From Gammaproteobacteria bacterium (lineage in GTDB: Bacteria > Pseudomonadota > Gammaproteobacteria > Francisellales > CACEW01), in assembly GCA_029240715.1 (NCBI GenBank), contig JARDZR010000002.1:1-49897 (forward strand): 49,897 bases of DNA, written 5' to 3'. The notes beneath the pieces are model-generated. The model was not told the DNA's origin. It did no database searches and worked only from the letters and a program-made list of their open reading frames with translations. Shown in pieces: positions 33,009 to 42,614 of the stretch. Position numbers and translations under genes: made by a program. How positions within the stretch are numbered: the stretch's first letter is position 1; each line of letters opens with the position of its first letter.

Positions 33009-33404
33009 ATGGGAATTATTAATATTTGGGCAGTCATCGCTTCAACTGTTGCTGCATTTATCTTAGGCGGGCTTTGGTATTCGCCAATACTGTTTGGCAA
33101 TTTATGGAAAAAAGAGTCTGGAATAGCACCTGAGCTTAAAAAGTCGCACAGCGCAAAGACTTTTGCGATGTTTTTTATTATGGCGTTTCTTGCTGCATTT
33201 GCCTTTGCCCTATTAATGGGCCCGACGCTTAATTGGAAAGAAGGATTAAAATTAGGCTTAGTTATTGGCGTATTTTTTGTAGCGACCTCTTTAAGCATCC
33301 AATATATGTTTAGCAATCGAAACTTCAAACTACAGCTAATAGACGCAGGCTATCATATTGTGCAATTTGCACTATATGGATGGATATTAGGATTTTGGCA
33401 CTAA
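33009..33404 (+). CDS. DUF1761-family membrane protein
   Basis: INIWAVI...FILGGLWYSPILFG.LW, LIDAGYH; about 4 hydrophobic segments. Confidence 0.85.
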   Translation: MGIINIWAVIASTVAAFILGGLWYSPILFGNLWKKESGIAPELKKSHSAKTFAMFFIMAFLAAFAFALLMGPTLNWKEGLKLGLVIGVFFVATSLSIQYMFSNRNFKLQLIDAGYHIVQFALYGWILGFWH

Positions 33405-33410
33405 TTGACA

Positions 33411-36400
33411 TTAACCCCCTTGGAGCTGTTTGTTGATCACTTCAGCTACTTGTTCAGCACATGGGGGCTCAATGATCTGGTAATGGTCAGCATCAAGTTC
33501 TATGATATTAAGATCAGATGCATGGGCTTTCCAGCCATTGTCAGATTTTATTGAATACACATTATCACTTGAGTTTTTTATTGCTTTAATAAGCACAAGT
33601 TTAGTCTGCAACAGACCTGGCTTATAGCTAGCCATCATACCGGCACCACACTTAAATAGTGCTACAAGCTTATTTGCAGCGGCTTTTTCAAGCTGTTCAA
33701 GCCTATTTAGTATTGAAACTGGCATGCGATTGAATAATATTTCAGAAGGGTCCATTGATTTATCTTTAAAGCTGTTTGAGTCAATCAAATGGCTATCAAT
33801 CAAGAAAACAGCAGAAACGACTTCGCCATCTTGTATCAGCTGTCTAGCGACCTCATAGGCTAATACACCTCCAAATGACCAACCGCCAAGACTGTATGGC
33901 CCATGAGCTTGCTGGCCTTTGATATAAGCAATACAGCGTGAAGCCAGGGCTTCGATAGAAATAGTGGCATTGTCTTGTTCCAACAGTGTCATGCTCTCAA
34001 TGACTGAAAAAGACAGTTCAGCTTTAAGATGTCCTGACAAAGCTTTATACACCATAGCGCTGCTTGTATAGGGGCTAAAAAAGAACAAGGTCTCAGCCGG
34101 TCCTCTATTGAAAGTAATGACAGGATGAGATTGATGAGACTGGCTAATCTCAGCTGCTTGGTCTTTAATGGTTTGGTTTCTAAATACCCATGATACAGAA
34201 AAATTGGCATTGAACAGACGATTGATCTCAAGCACCAGCTGCATTGCCAACAAGGAGTGTCCGCCCAGCTCGAAAAACTTTTGTTTAACTCCAAAAGAAG
34301 AGGAGGGCAGGCATTTCTGCCAAATACCAAGCAGAATTTCCTCAGCTGCCGTGCTAGCGGGCTCATATACACTTTCGTTGTGCTCTATAGTTGAGCTGAA
34401 TTTTTCAATTAAACGCTTACGGTCAACTTTGCCATTAAGCGTTAGAGGAAGCTTTTCAAGGTGACAAAACGCCGATGGAATGGCATAGGAAGGCAAATGC
34501 TGCTTTAAGTAAGCTATCAGAGCATCGGCTGCAATAAGCGTTTTACTGACATAAAAAGCAGCGAGAGATTTATGATTAGCGCTTGAAATGAGTAGAACGC
34601 TTACCTGTTCAACTCCTGGATAAGACATCATTACAGACTCAATACCTTCCGGCTCTATTCTAACTCCATTGAGTTTAATTTGTTTATCCATTCTATTTAA
34701 GAAAACAAGGTTTTGGTCTGGAAGTTGGACCACTAGGTCTCCTGTTTTATAATAACGGGTCTCAGCTTTTTTGATAAAACGGGATTCAGTCAGCTCTGGG
34801 TTACCAAGATAGCCATCAGCCACACATAAACCGCCTATTAGAAGCTCACCAGCAATGAAATAGGGACAGTCTTGATCTTGCTCATCGACTACCTTAGCAA
34901 CGCTATTATAAATAAGTCGGCCTATTGGGACTGATTGGTAAGGATGCGTCATTGCACAGTCATAGTAGGTTGCTTCACCGGTTTCAGTTGGGCCGTAAAC
35001 GTTGTAAATTTTAGCATTAAGCGCGGTTAGACATTTAGTTTCTAACGCCTTGGTTAATGCCTCTCCTGCTGAAAAAATTTTGTTAATAGAAGGGCAACTG
35101 ATTTTATTATCAATAAGGTAATTGATAAATAAATTCAGGTAGGCAGGCACAAAATGCAAAGCGCTAATGCCCTGTGATTGAATATAATGAACAAGACCAG
35201 GGATATCTCTATGCATGCCTTCAGGCAAAATGTGCAAACTCGCACCAACCACCAATGGTAAAAATATTTCACCCACTGAAACATCAAAGGCAATGGGGGT
35301 TTTTTGCAACATAACCTGTGACTGATCAAAGCCATATACATCTCGCATCCAAATCAGTCGGTTTACTACGGCGTAATGCGACATCATAACGCCTTTAGGC
35401 TTACCGGTAGAACCTGATGTATAAATTACATAAGCTAGCTCTGAAGTTTTAAAATCCATCAATGCTGACTTTTGATCCAGCCTTAATTCGTCAACCAATA
35501 GCTTTTGAAAATTAGCCTCTTGCAAAAAGCTATTATTGTTCAATATATAGGAAGAACACAAAATTAATTTAGTTCCCGTTTCCTTCAGAATGTGTGCCAA
35601 TGAATGAGTGGGGATTTCAGGATCAAGCGGGACATAAGCATAGCCGGCTTTGAGCGCTGCCAATATAGATACCACAAGCTCAATACCGCGCTCCATCATA
35701 ATAGGAAGATAAGGGCTATTTTCCTGATCTATTGAAGCAATATAACCAGCAAGAGAATCTACTTTTTGTTTAAGCTCAGCATAAGAAAGGCTTACAGATT
35801 GGTAATGTAAGGCTATTTTGTTTGGGCTACGCTCTACCTGCTCTTCAAACAATTGAATAATGGTTTTAGGCCTAATTGGAACAGCGGGGCCTTGAATAAA
35901 CAAATTGCCTGAATCTGAATTGCTCAATAAGGAATAGGACTGGATAGATAAGTTAGGCTGCTGCGCGATCTGCAACAAAAGTCGAGCATAATGCTCATTA
36001 AACTGCCTTATAAAATTCTCAGGAAAAACTTCAGGACGATATTCTGTCTCAATATTTAAACTGTTGTCTCGACCGACTTTAAGCATAAAGTTTAAATTAA
36101 AACCGGTTCTTGGGGCAGGTAGCTCTATCTCTGTAAGTGATAAGCCTGTGAGATGCAAGGGTTCAATATCATTTATATTTTGATACACAAATAAAGTTTG
36201 AAATAAAGGGTTATTGCCAATATCTCGATTAGCCCCTATGGCCTCCACCACTTTTTCAAAAGCTAAGTTTTGATTACGATGAGCCGCTATACAGGTTGAT
36301 TTTATGCTGTGTAAAAAACTGATAAAATCTAGCTCAGGCTCAAGCTGCGACCTAATAACTACAGTATTAAGAAAATAACCAAAAACCTGCTCGGTCCCAG

Positions 36401-39400
36401 CTAAGTCTCGATTAGCAATAGGAGTTCCTATGGCTATGTCAGATTGCTTGCTGTATCGGCCTAACAATATAAAAAAAGCTGCAAGGTAAATCATAAATGG
36501 AGTGAGCTTGCATTGCTGGGCCAAATGCTCAAACTTTTGCTGAAGCTCTGTTGAAATACTATTTTTGCAAGTCTGGCTCAATTTTGAGCCGGGAGATTCC
36601 CAAGCTAAAGGGAATAATTGCAAGGACTCTACATCCTTTAGCTGATTTTTCCAGTAATGAATTTCCTTTTCATAGTTTCCTGCTCGATAGCTGTCTTGCT
36701 GATAGCGGCTGTAATCTTGATAACTCAGCTCCAATTTAGGCAAATCAGCAGGGCATTGCTCAATATTAGATTGATATAAAGCAGCGAGCTCACGGTAAAA
36801 AATTGACAGTGACCAGTCATCTGTAATGATGTGATGCATATGAATAAGCAATAAGTATTCATCGCGAGCGTCTATCTGAAATAGCTGAATATCCCAGGCC
36901 ACATTATTAGCAATTGGCAAAGTTTTATTTGCCAGCTGGCTGATTTTTTCATCTAACTGGCTATGCAGAATGCTTTCAACTTGCAAGCTAAAAGGTATCG
37001 CGCTTAAGACTTTTTGTTTAGGTTGCTGGCTATCATCATTTAAAAAAACAGTCCTTAAAACCGAATGTCTTTCGATAAGCTGCCTAATGGACTGCTCTAA
37101 AGCCCCTATATTTAATTTTCCACTCAAGTTAAATAATTTAATCACTTGATAGGCCGGCTTATCCATATAATGTTCTAAAAACCATAAGCTTTCTTGAGAA
37201 AATGACATGGGTGCAATAGGAGAGCTTTCGCTATGAGGCAAATAAGAAGCGGGGCGCTTTTGCTGTAAAGATTCAATTTTTTTAGCCAAATCAGCAAGAG
37301 CAGGTGAATCAAAAATCTCAGCCGGGTTAATCTCAACATCAAATTGTTGTTTAATTCTAGAACTCAAGCTAATTGCCAGCAATGAGTCGCCTCCCAAGCT
37401 AAAAAAATCATCTTCTTTAGCTATAAAGCTCACTCCTAACAAGTTTTGCCAAATTGCCCAAAGCTTAGTTTCAATGGCATTTTTAGGTTGATAGCTTTCT
37501 GTCGTTTGGGGTTCTTTTGGTGGGCTGAGCTGTTTTCTATCAAGTTTCCCGTTTTCATTAAGCGGAAAGGATGCTACAAAATAAAACTTGGACGGAATAA
37601 AATAACTGGGCAGCTGCTGTTTCAAATAAATTAATAAGTCTGCTTTAAGCTGAGCAAGATCTATATTTGTTTTGGCCTGACAATATGCAACTAAAACCGA
37701 ATGATCTTGAATCGCTTCGACTTTGACAATAGCCTGTTGCAATGCCGGAAACTGGTTTAATACCACCTCAATCTCTTCTGGCTCAACACGCACTCCTTTT
37801 ACTTTAAGCACATTGTCAGCTCGACCTAAGTATTCTAAGTTGCCATCACTTAGATATCGGACCAAATCTCCTGTTTTATAAAATCGATTAGTCTGCGGAT
37901 TGAGGCCTTCAATTTCTATAAAACGCTGTGATGTGAGTTCTGGCTGATTTAAATAAGCAATAGCCAAGCCAACGCCTGCAACATAAAGCTCACCGGGAAT
38001 ACCAATGCCTACTTCTTGTTTATTCTGGTCTAGGACATAGCAATATAAATTAGGAATAGGCCTGCCTATGGGTAAATGCTGTCCGGCTAAAGGGTCTTGC
38101 GATATGTCATACCATAGAAAAGAACTCACTTCAGTTGAACCGTAACGGTTCATCAATTTAGCCTGAACTAATTCTCTAAAACGTCTCGCTAGCTTGATTG
38201 GCATTTCCTCACCGGTAACCACCCAAAGCTTAAGCTGTTTTAGGTCATACTGGTGGGCCTCTATTTCATTTAGCAGCAAACTTAACAGTGAGGGAGATAA
38301 ATCAATTCTGCTTATTTTATAATGTTCAAGAGCTTCAATAAAAGAAGTGATATTGCTAATAACGGATTCTTCAAAAATAACAATGGGCACACCTTTTAAT
38401 AAAGGACAAAAAAACTCCCATACCGAATCAACAAAGTTTAAAGAGGCCTTTTGGCAAGTTACCTCGTCTACTTGATAGGGAAATTGCCGCCAGTACCACT
38501 CAAATCTATTTAAAATATTCTGGTGATGACATATTACGCCTTTAGGATTGCCGGTAGAGCCTGAGGTAAAAATAACATAAGCCGGGTCAGTCGCTTGATA
38601 ATCAAATTCAGGCAAAAGAGCCGGCTTGCTATAGTCAATTTGTTCAATATTAACAAAACAAACCGAAGGACTGTTAAGCTTACTGCTACTGCTTGATTCA
38701 GTCAGGATAATTTTAACTTGGCTTCTTTCAAGCATATAATTAAGCCGCGCTGTGGGGTAGGCTGGGTCCAGCGGTAAATAAGCTGCTCTTAACATAAAAA
38801 TAGCCATCATTGCGACTAAAGCATTAAAGCTTCTTGGTAGCAAAAGACCCACTACAACCTGTTCTGTATTAAAAAGCTCAGGAAAATGGTTTAAAAGAGA
38901 TGAGGCTAGGGCTTGAGCACGTTGATCAATTTCTTGATAGCTATAAGTTTTTTCTTGGTAAATAACGGCAATATCATTAGGCTTTCTTCTGAGCTGCTCT
39001 TTAAAATGCTGCATAATATGACAAAAATTTGGATACGCTTCTTCTTTGCCGGCCCAATCACTTAGCTTGGCTTTTTCTAATGGGCCCAGGTAGCTTTGCT
39101 TATCAAGAGGAAGATCGGGCTTATAAGCCAGCTGACTTAACCATTCAGTAAAATGTTCACCTAAATGCTCTAATGCGGTGGCTGATAAAAAATGCGGCTG
39201 TGCCATGACGCTGAGGCTTTTATCGGTTTTTGCAAAAGCTAAAATAATGTCTGTATCTTCATTAAACTCAGTAAAAAGTTTTTGTATTTCATCTTTGCTT
39301 TTCTCGTAGCTAAATACTATTCGAGGCTGAGGCCCTTTAGCAGTTTGTTTACTGCAGCTCAATGCAAGGTCTTTTAGGACAGATTGCTTCTCAAAATCAA

Positions 39401-39590
39401 TATTGAGTTCGATAGAAGCTGCATGACTGATCCCTCGAAATGCAATGGCTGAATTTTGGGTATATCGATATATTAAACTAGCTGCAATAGCAAAAAAGCC
39501 TATATGCTGTGGGACGGCAAGTTGATCAATAATACTTTCAAAAGACTGGATGGCATTTACATTAATGGGATATTGGTAAATATGGCCCAT
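33411..39590 (-). CDS. Bimodular NRPS: (C remnant)-A-T-C-A-T-TE
   Basis: A1 YVIFTSGSTGNPKG, YKTGDL; T1 FFSLGGDSL; C HHIITDDWS, GTPIANR; A2 YVIYTSGSTGKPKG, YGPTE; T2 FFELGGHSL; TE GGWSFGG and DADHY. Confidence 0.95.
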   Translation of the reverse strand: MGHIYQYPINVNAIQSFESIIDQLAVPQHIGFFAIAASLIYRYTQNSAIAFRGISHAASIELNIDFEKQSVLKDLALSCSKQTAKGPQPRIVFSYEKSKDEIQKLFTEFNEDTDIILAFAKTDKSLSVMAQPHFLSATALEHLGEHFTEWLSQLAYKPDLPLDKQSYLGPLEKAKLSDWAGKEEAYPNFCHIMQHFKEQLRRKPNDIAVIYQEKTYSYQEIDQRAQALASSLLNHFPELFNTEQVVVGLLLPRSFNALVAMMAIFMLRAAYLPLDPAYPTARLNYMLERSQVKIILTESSSSSKLNSPSVCFVNIEQIDYSKPALLPEFDYQATDPAYVIFTSGSTGNPKGVICHHQNILNRFEWYWRQFPYQVDEVTCQKASLNFVDSVWEFFCPLLKGVPIVIFEESVISNITSFIEALEHYKISRIDLSPSLLSLLLNEIEAHQYDLKQLKLWVVTGEEMPIKLARRFRELVQAKLMNRYGSTEVSSFLWYDISQDPLAGQHLPIGRPIPNLYCYVLDQNKQEVGIGIPGELYVAGVGLAIAYLNQPELTSQRFIEIEGLNPQTNRFYKTGDLVRYLSDGNLEYLGRADNVLKVKGVRVEPEEIEVVLNQFPALQQAIVKVEAIQDHSVLVAYCQAKTNIDLAQLKADLLIYLKQQLPSYFIPSKFYFVASFPLNENGKLDRKQLSPPKEPQTTESYQPKNAIETKLWAIWQNLLGVSFIAKEDDFFSLGGDSLLAISLSSRIKQQFDVEINPAEIFDSPALADLAKKIESLQQKRPASYLPHSESSPIAPMSFSQESLWFLEHYMDKPAYQVIKLFNLSGKLNIGALEQSIRQLIERHSVLRTVFLNDDSQQPKQKVLSAIPFSLQVESILHSQLDEKISQLANKTLPIANNVAWDIQLFQIDARDEYLLLIHMHHIITDDWSLSIFYRELAALYQSNIEQCPADLPKLELSYQDYSRYQQDSYRAGNYEKEIHYWKNQLKDVESLQLFPLAWESPGSKLSQTCKNSISTELQQKFEHLAQQCKLTPFMIYLAAFFILLGRYSKQSDIAIGTPIANRDLAGTEQVFGYFLNTVVIRSQLEPELDFISFLHSIKSTCIAAHRNQNLAFEKVVEAIGANRDIGNNPLFQTLFVYQNINDIEPLHLTGLSLTEIELPAPRTGFNLNFMLKVGRDNSLNIETEYRPEVFPENFIRQFNEHYARLLLQIAQQPNLSIQSYSLLSNSDSGNLFIQGPAVPIRPKTIIQLFEEQVERSPNKIALHYQSVSLSYAELKQKVDSLAGYIASIDQENSPYLPIMMERGIELVVSILAALKAGYAYVPLDPEIPTHSLAHILKETGTKLILCSSYILNNNSFLQEANFQKLLVDELRLDQKSALMDFKTSELAYVIYTSGSTGKPKGVMMSHYAVVNRLIWMRDVYGFDQSQVMLQKTPIAFDVSVGEIFLPLVVGASLHILPEGMHRDIPGLVHYIQSQGISALHFVPAYLNLFINYLIDNKISCPSINKIFSAGEALTKALETKCLTALNAKIYNVYGPTETGEATYYDCAMTHPYQSVPIGRLIYNSVAKVVDEQDQDCPYFIAGELLIGGLCVADGYLGNPELTESRFIKKAETRYYKTGDLVVQLPDQNLVFLNRMDKQIKLNGVRIEPEGIESVMMSYPGVEQVSVLLISSANHKSLAAFYVSKTLIAADALIAYLKQHLPSYAIPSAFCHLEKLPLTLNGKVDRKRLIEKFSSTIEHNESVYEPASTAAEEILLGIWQKCLPSSSFGVKQKFFELGGHSLLAMQLVLEINRLFNANFSVSWVFRNQTIKDQAAEISQSHQSHPVITFNRGPAETLFFFSPYTSSAMVYKALSGHLKAELSFSVIESMTLLEQDNATISIEALASRCIAYIKGQQAHGPYSLGGWSFGGVLAYEVARQLIQDGEVVSAVFLIDSHLIDSNSFKDKSMDPSEILFNRMPVSILNRLEQLEKAAANKLVALFKCGAGMMASYKPGLLQTKLVLIKAIKNSSDNVYSIKSDNGWKAHASDLNIIELDADHYQIIEPPCAEQVAEVINKQLQGG

Positions 39591-40533
39591 ACGGACTTCC
39601 CTGATATTTGTTTAATAAGTCATCTAGAAGCATTTGATCAAAATTACGTCCTGTCAAGATAATTGCAACTTTTTTATTGGCAAAATGCTGCGGTCTTGCA
39701 ATTACAGCTGCCAGCGAAGCTGCTGCCGAAGGCTCAACCAATACCCCCAAAAACTGTTTTATCAGCCATAAGGCTTGAACAATGCTGTCATCACCCACAT
39801 ACAGAATTGGAGTGCGTGAATCATTAATGATGTCATTGGGCAGATTATTAATTTTAACTTTTAAGCCGTCTGCAATAGTTGAATGGTCTGCAGCCAAACC
39901 GTTTTCCAATGGCTTAACTCCCGTAATTTCAATATCTGGCCTAAGGTCCTTAAAAAGCAGAATACTTCCGGCCAAAAGGCCGCCACCGCCTACAGGAATG
40001 ACAATGTTTTCAATGTCTTCGAGTTCATCAATGATTTCAAGAGCAACCGAGGACTGACCAATAATAATGTCCATATTATTAGAGGAAGGCACATAAAGAG
40101 TAGAAGGGCGTTCTTCTAAAAAAGCCGCTACTTTTTCTTCACGGGCTTTCAAACTGTTCTCTGTGTAGAGAATGGAAGCTTTGTTTTTTTCTAATAATTT
40201 CTTCTTAACATCCGGAGTGTTATAAGGAATAACAGCAAAGCTCAGGAAGCCCATCATGGCACCAATTGCTGATAATGCAATCGCATGGTTGCCTGAAGAG
40301 TGGGTAATCAGATTTTTATCGGCCAGATTTTTTTGTGACAAAAGATAGTTAACAATGCCTCTTACTTTAAAAGAGCCGGTGTTTTGCAAATGCTCACATT
40401 TAAAGTATAGGTGGCAGCCTAATATCTTGCTGATTTCAGGGCTGTAAACAATTGGAGTTTGGTAAATATAAGGCACTAAGCCCTCATAAGACTGCCGAGT
40501 GGCTTGACTATGCCGAAGATTAAGCTGAGTCAT
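39562..40533 (-). CDS. PLP-dependent serine racemase / threonine ammonia-lyase family enzyme
   Basis: KCEHLQNTGSFKVRG (PLP Lys), THSSGNHA, PVGGGGL, TIADGL, VEPSAA; overlaps the NRPS start. Confidence 0.9.
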   Translation of the reverse strand: MTQLNLRHSQATRQSYEGLVPYIYQTPIVYSPEISKILGCHLYFKCEHLQNTGSFKVRGIVNYLLSQKNLADKNLITHSSGNHAIALSAIGAMMGFLSFAVIPYNTPDVKKKLLEKNKASILYTENSLKAREEKVAAFLEERPSTLYVPSSNNMDIIIGQSSVALEIIDELEDIENIVIPVGGGGLLAGSILLFKDLRPDIEITGVKPLENGLAADHSTIADGLKVKINNLPNDIINDSRTPILYVGDDSIVQALWLIKQFLGVLVEPSAAASLAAVIARPQHFANKKVAIILTGRNFDQMLLDDLLNKYQGSPYGPYLPISH

Positions 40534-41339
40534 GATTTATGGCCTATGGCAAAACACCAAGTCCAAGCACGAAAAGCATCTTCTTGTTTTGCATAATCAA
40601 TTAAAGCTTGTTGGATCTGCTTAATCTCTTCTTGATTAACCCAGCCTTCATCTAGGGCCAGTTTTACAAAAGGCGCGTCTTCCCATTGTTTGGCAATATA
40701 ATGCGAGACTTCAGTAATGGAGCCTGCATCACCACAAACTTCGCATGAAGCGCCTGCTTCCACTTTGGCAAATTGAGCAGAATTAAACAGCCCGCGAAGC
40801 TTGCCACCGATAAAATAGTCTCCCCCCATTTTATCAATCGCTTGCTTTCTGATTTGATATTCTTTAACAAGAAGAGGGGACTCAGGGTGAATAAGATTGG
40901 CCCTCCAATCCATTTCCCTAACCGCAACAATCCCGCCCGGCTTAGCCACTCGCATCATTTCTTTAATTGCATCAAGCGGGGAGTTTAATTGACATAAAAC
41001 GGCATGCGCGTGCACGATATCAAAACTATTATCAGGAAAAGGGATATGCATAATCGAGCCCTGTTTGAACTCGACATTGCTTATGCCTTGTTCTTTGGCA
41101 GCATTTTTGCAAAATTCGATTTGTGAATGCTCAAGATCGATACCGCTGACTGCGCCTGCATAGGCATAACGAGCAAAATCAAGTGTAATACTGCCAGGGC
41201 CGCAGCCGCAGTCAAGAATGGTGGAAGAGGGCTTTAAATAGGGAATTAAATGCTGGGCTTGCTGCTGGACTGTTCTTTTTGTGAACAAAGAAACAACATG
41301 CTTTCCGTATCCTACTGAATAAGATGAAGTATTACCCAT
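40530..41339 (-). CDS. Class I SAM-dependent methyltransferase
   Basis: ILDCGCGPGSIT, IPFPDNSFDIVHAHAVL, RVAKPGG; 4-bp overlap with the next gene. Confidence 0.92.
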   Translation of the reverse strand: MGNTSSYSVGYGKHVVSLFTKRTVQQQAQHLIPYLKPSSTILDCGCGPGSITLDFARYAYAGAVSGIDLEHSQIEFCKNAAKEQGISNVEFKQGSIMHIPFPDNSFDIVHAHAVLCQLNSPLDAIKEMMRVAKPGGIVAVREMDWRANLIHPESPLLVKEYQIRKQAIDKMGGDYFIGGKLRGLFNSAQFAKVEAGASCEVCGDAGSITEVSHYIAKQWEDAPFVKLALDEGWVNQEEIKQIQQALIDYAKQEDAFRAWTWCFAIGHKS

Positions 41340-41434
41340 AAAGTCCCTTTTTCATTATTTTTATATAATAATCATATATTAAATATAGACAGGCATATTA
41401 TTTTTGTCAAAGCATATGGCAAAGTCCTGGCTAT

Positions 41435-41469
41435 AAAAAAACCGCCAAATAAAAATCAATTGGCGGTTT
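41435..41469 (-). terminator. Intrinsic terminator after the pepsin-like gene
   Basis: Minus strand aaaccgccaa-loop-ttggcggttttttt. Confidence 0.7.
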
Positions 41470-41486
41470 AAGAAAACGATCTAACT

Positions 41487-42518
41487 TTAGTGTTGCTTAA
41501 ATCCTAATTGGCCATCTTGGAAGTTAAACATCACATCATAGGCCAAGAAGAAGCTAATCCCTGTATTCACTTCCTCACCCTTGTTGCCTTTTGGAGCCGC
41601 GACTACAACGGTATTCACTCCGCGGTCTTTGCCTGTAGTAAAGCTCCAGTTAAATCCACCTGGCAATGTAGCTGTAAACTGCTGGCGAACACGGACCATC
41701 TTATTATTTGTTGTAGCAAGGTTTTCAGTGTTATTGGTCCAAACGTTTACAACAGCATCCCCACCTGTATCAAAAGCAGTACGAACGGTTTCTGAGAAAT
41801 TACCAATAGTATAATTGACCATCAGGCCTTTATCGTCAAATACAGGCTTGCCATCCGGATAAGTGCCTACTTGATTGAGCTGTACTGTATTAAAGCCAGC
41901 CGTGTTGTCTTGGGTCAAGCCCAATACCAATTGACCGCTACCGTCTTTATTTAGGCCTTGAACAATATATCCAGTCCCTAAATTACCCGGCATTGCTCTA
42001 AACGGAGTATACAAGCCCGTGCTTGCTTCAACGGCCATGCCAGCGCCGAGTTCCCCATAGAACCGGCCTAAAACAGGGGAGGGATTATTAGGATCGCTTG
42101 GTGCATTACAGTTAGGCTTGGTCTTCATGCAGTAGACTTTTTGGATAACAAGCACTGGAATTGGCTGGGTGCTTATTCCGCCAATAGTAACGGGCGCATA
42201 AGCGATAGTTCCTTCATAAACAAGGCCGCTAGTATAAGCGCTTTTAGCATGCTTATTAGTATAGGTTAGGTTCATATTACCAACTTGGCTGGCAAAAATA
42301 TGCAAACCTTCTCCACCTGTGTCAAAAGTTAATAAAGTAGGCGGGCCGCCAGCAACAGAAACCGTAATGCCAATCTTATAGTTATTGCCACTAACATGGA
42401 TAACTTGCAAAGGAACGGTCGTGGTGGCAGGGGCATTGTCTGCAACTGCGGGTAAAGCAAATGCAGAGCATAGGGCTAATGCAACAGAACAAAAAATTTT
42501 ATTCACGGTAGGCTCCAA
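41487..42518 (-). CDS. Secreted pepsin-like (bilobed) aspartic protease
   Basis: Signal peptide ending in AVA; two Asp-Thr-Gly motifs (LTFDTGG, TAFDTGG); C-terminal NTG..FF..YDVMFNFQDGQLGF typical of the pepsin fold. Confidence 0.72.
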   Translation of the reverse strand: MEPTVNKIFCSVALALCSAFALPAVADNAPATTTVPLQVIHVSGNNYKIGITVSVAGGPPTLLTFDTGGEGLHIFASQVGNMNLTYTNKHAKSAYTSGLVYEGTIAYAPVTIGGISTQPIPVLVIQKVYCMKTKPNCNAPSDPNNPSPVLGRFYGELGAGMAVEASTGLYTPFRAMPGNLGTGYIVQGLNKDGSGQLVLGLTQDNTAGFNTVQLNQVGTYPDGKPVFDDKGLMVNYTIGNFSETVRTAFDTGGDAVVNVWTNNTENLATTNNKMVRVRQQFTATLPGGFNWSFTTGKDRGVNTVVVAAPKGNKGEEVNTGISFFLAYDVMFNFQDGQLGFKQH

Positions 42519-42614
42519 ACAGTTATGTCCAATTAACTTACTATATTAGGGATTGTGAAGTCTAGAGCAGTTTAGCTAATATGATTAAATTATTATCAAC
42601 CATAAGGCAAGCCC

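Noticed and set aside
26528-39590. CDPS module and NRPS operon forming a single biosynthetic cluster
   Set aside because: They are separated by about 6 kb of core genes (pepA, lptFG, secB), with no shared regulatory motif seen.
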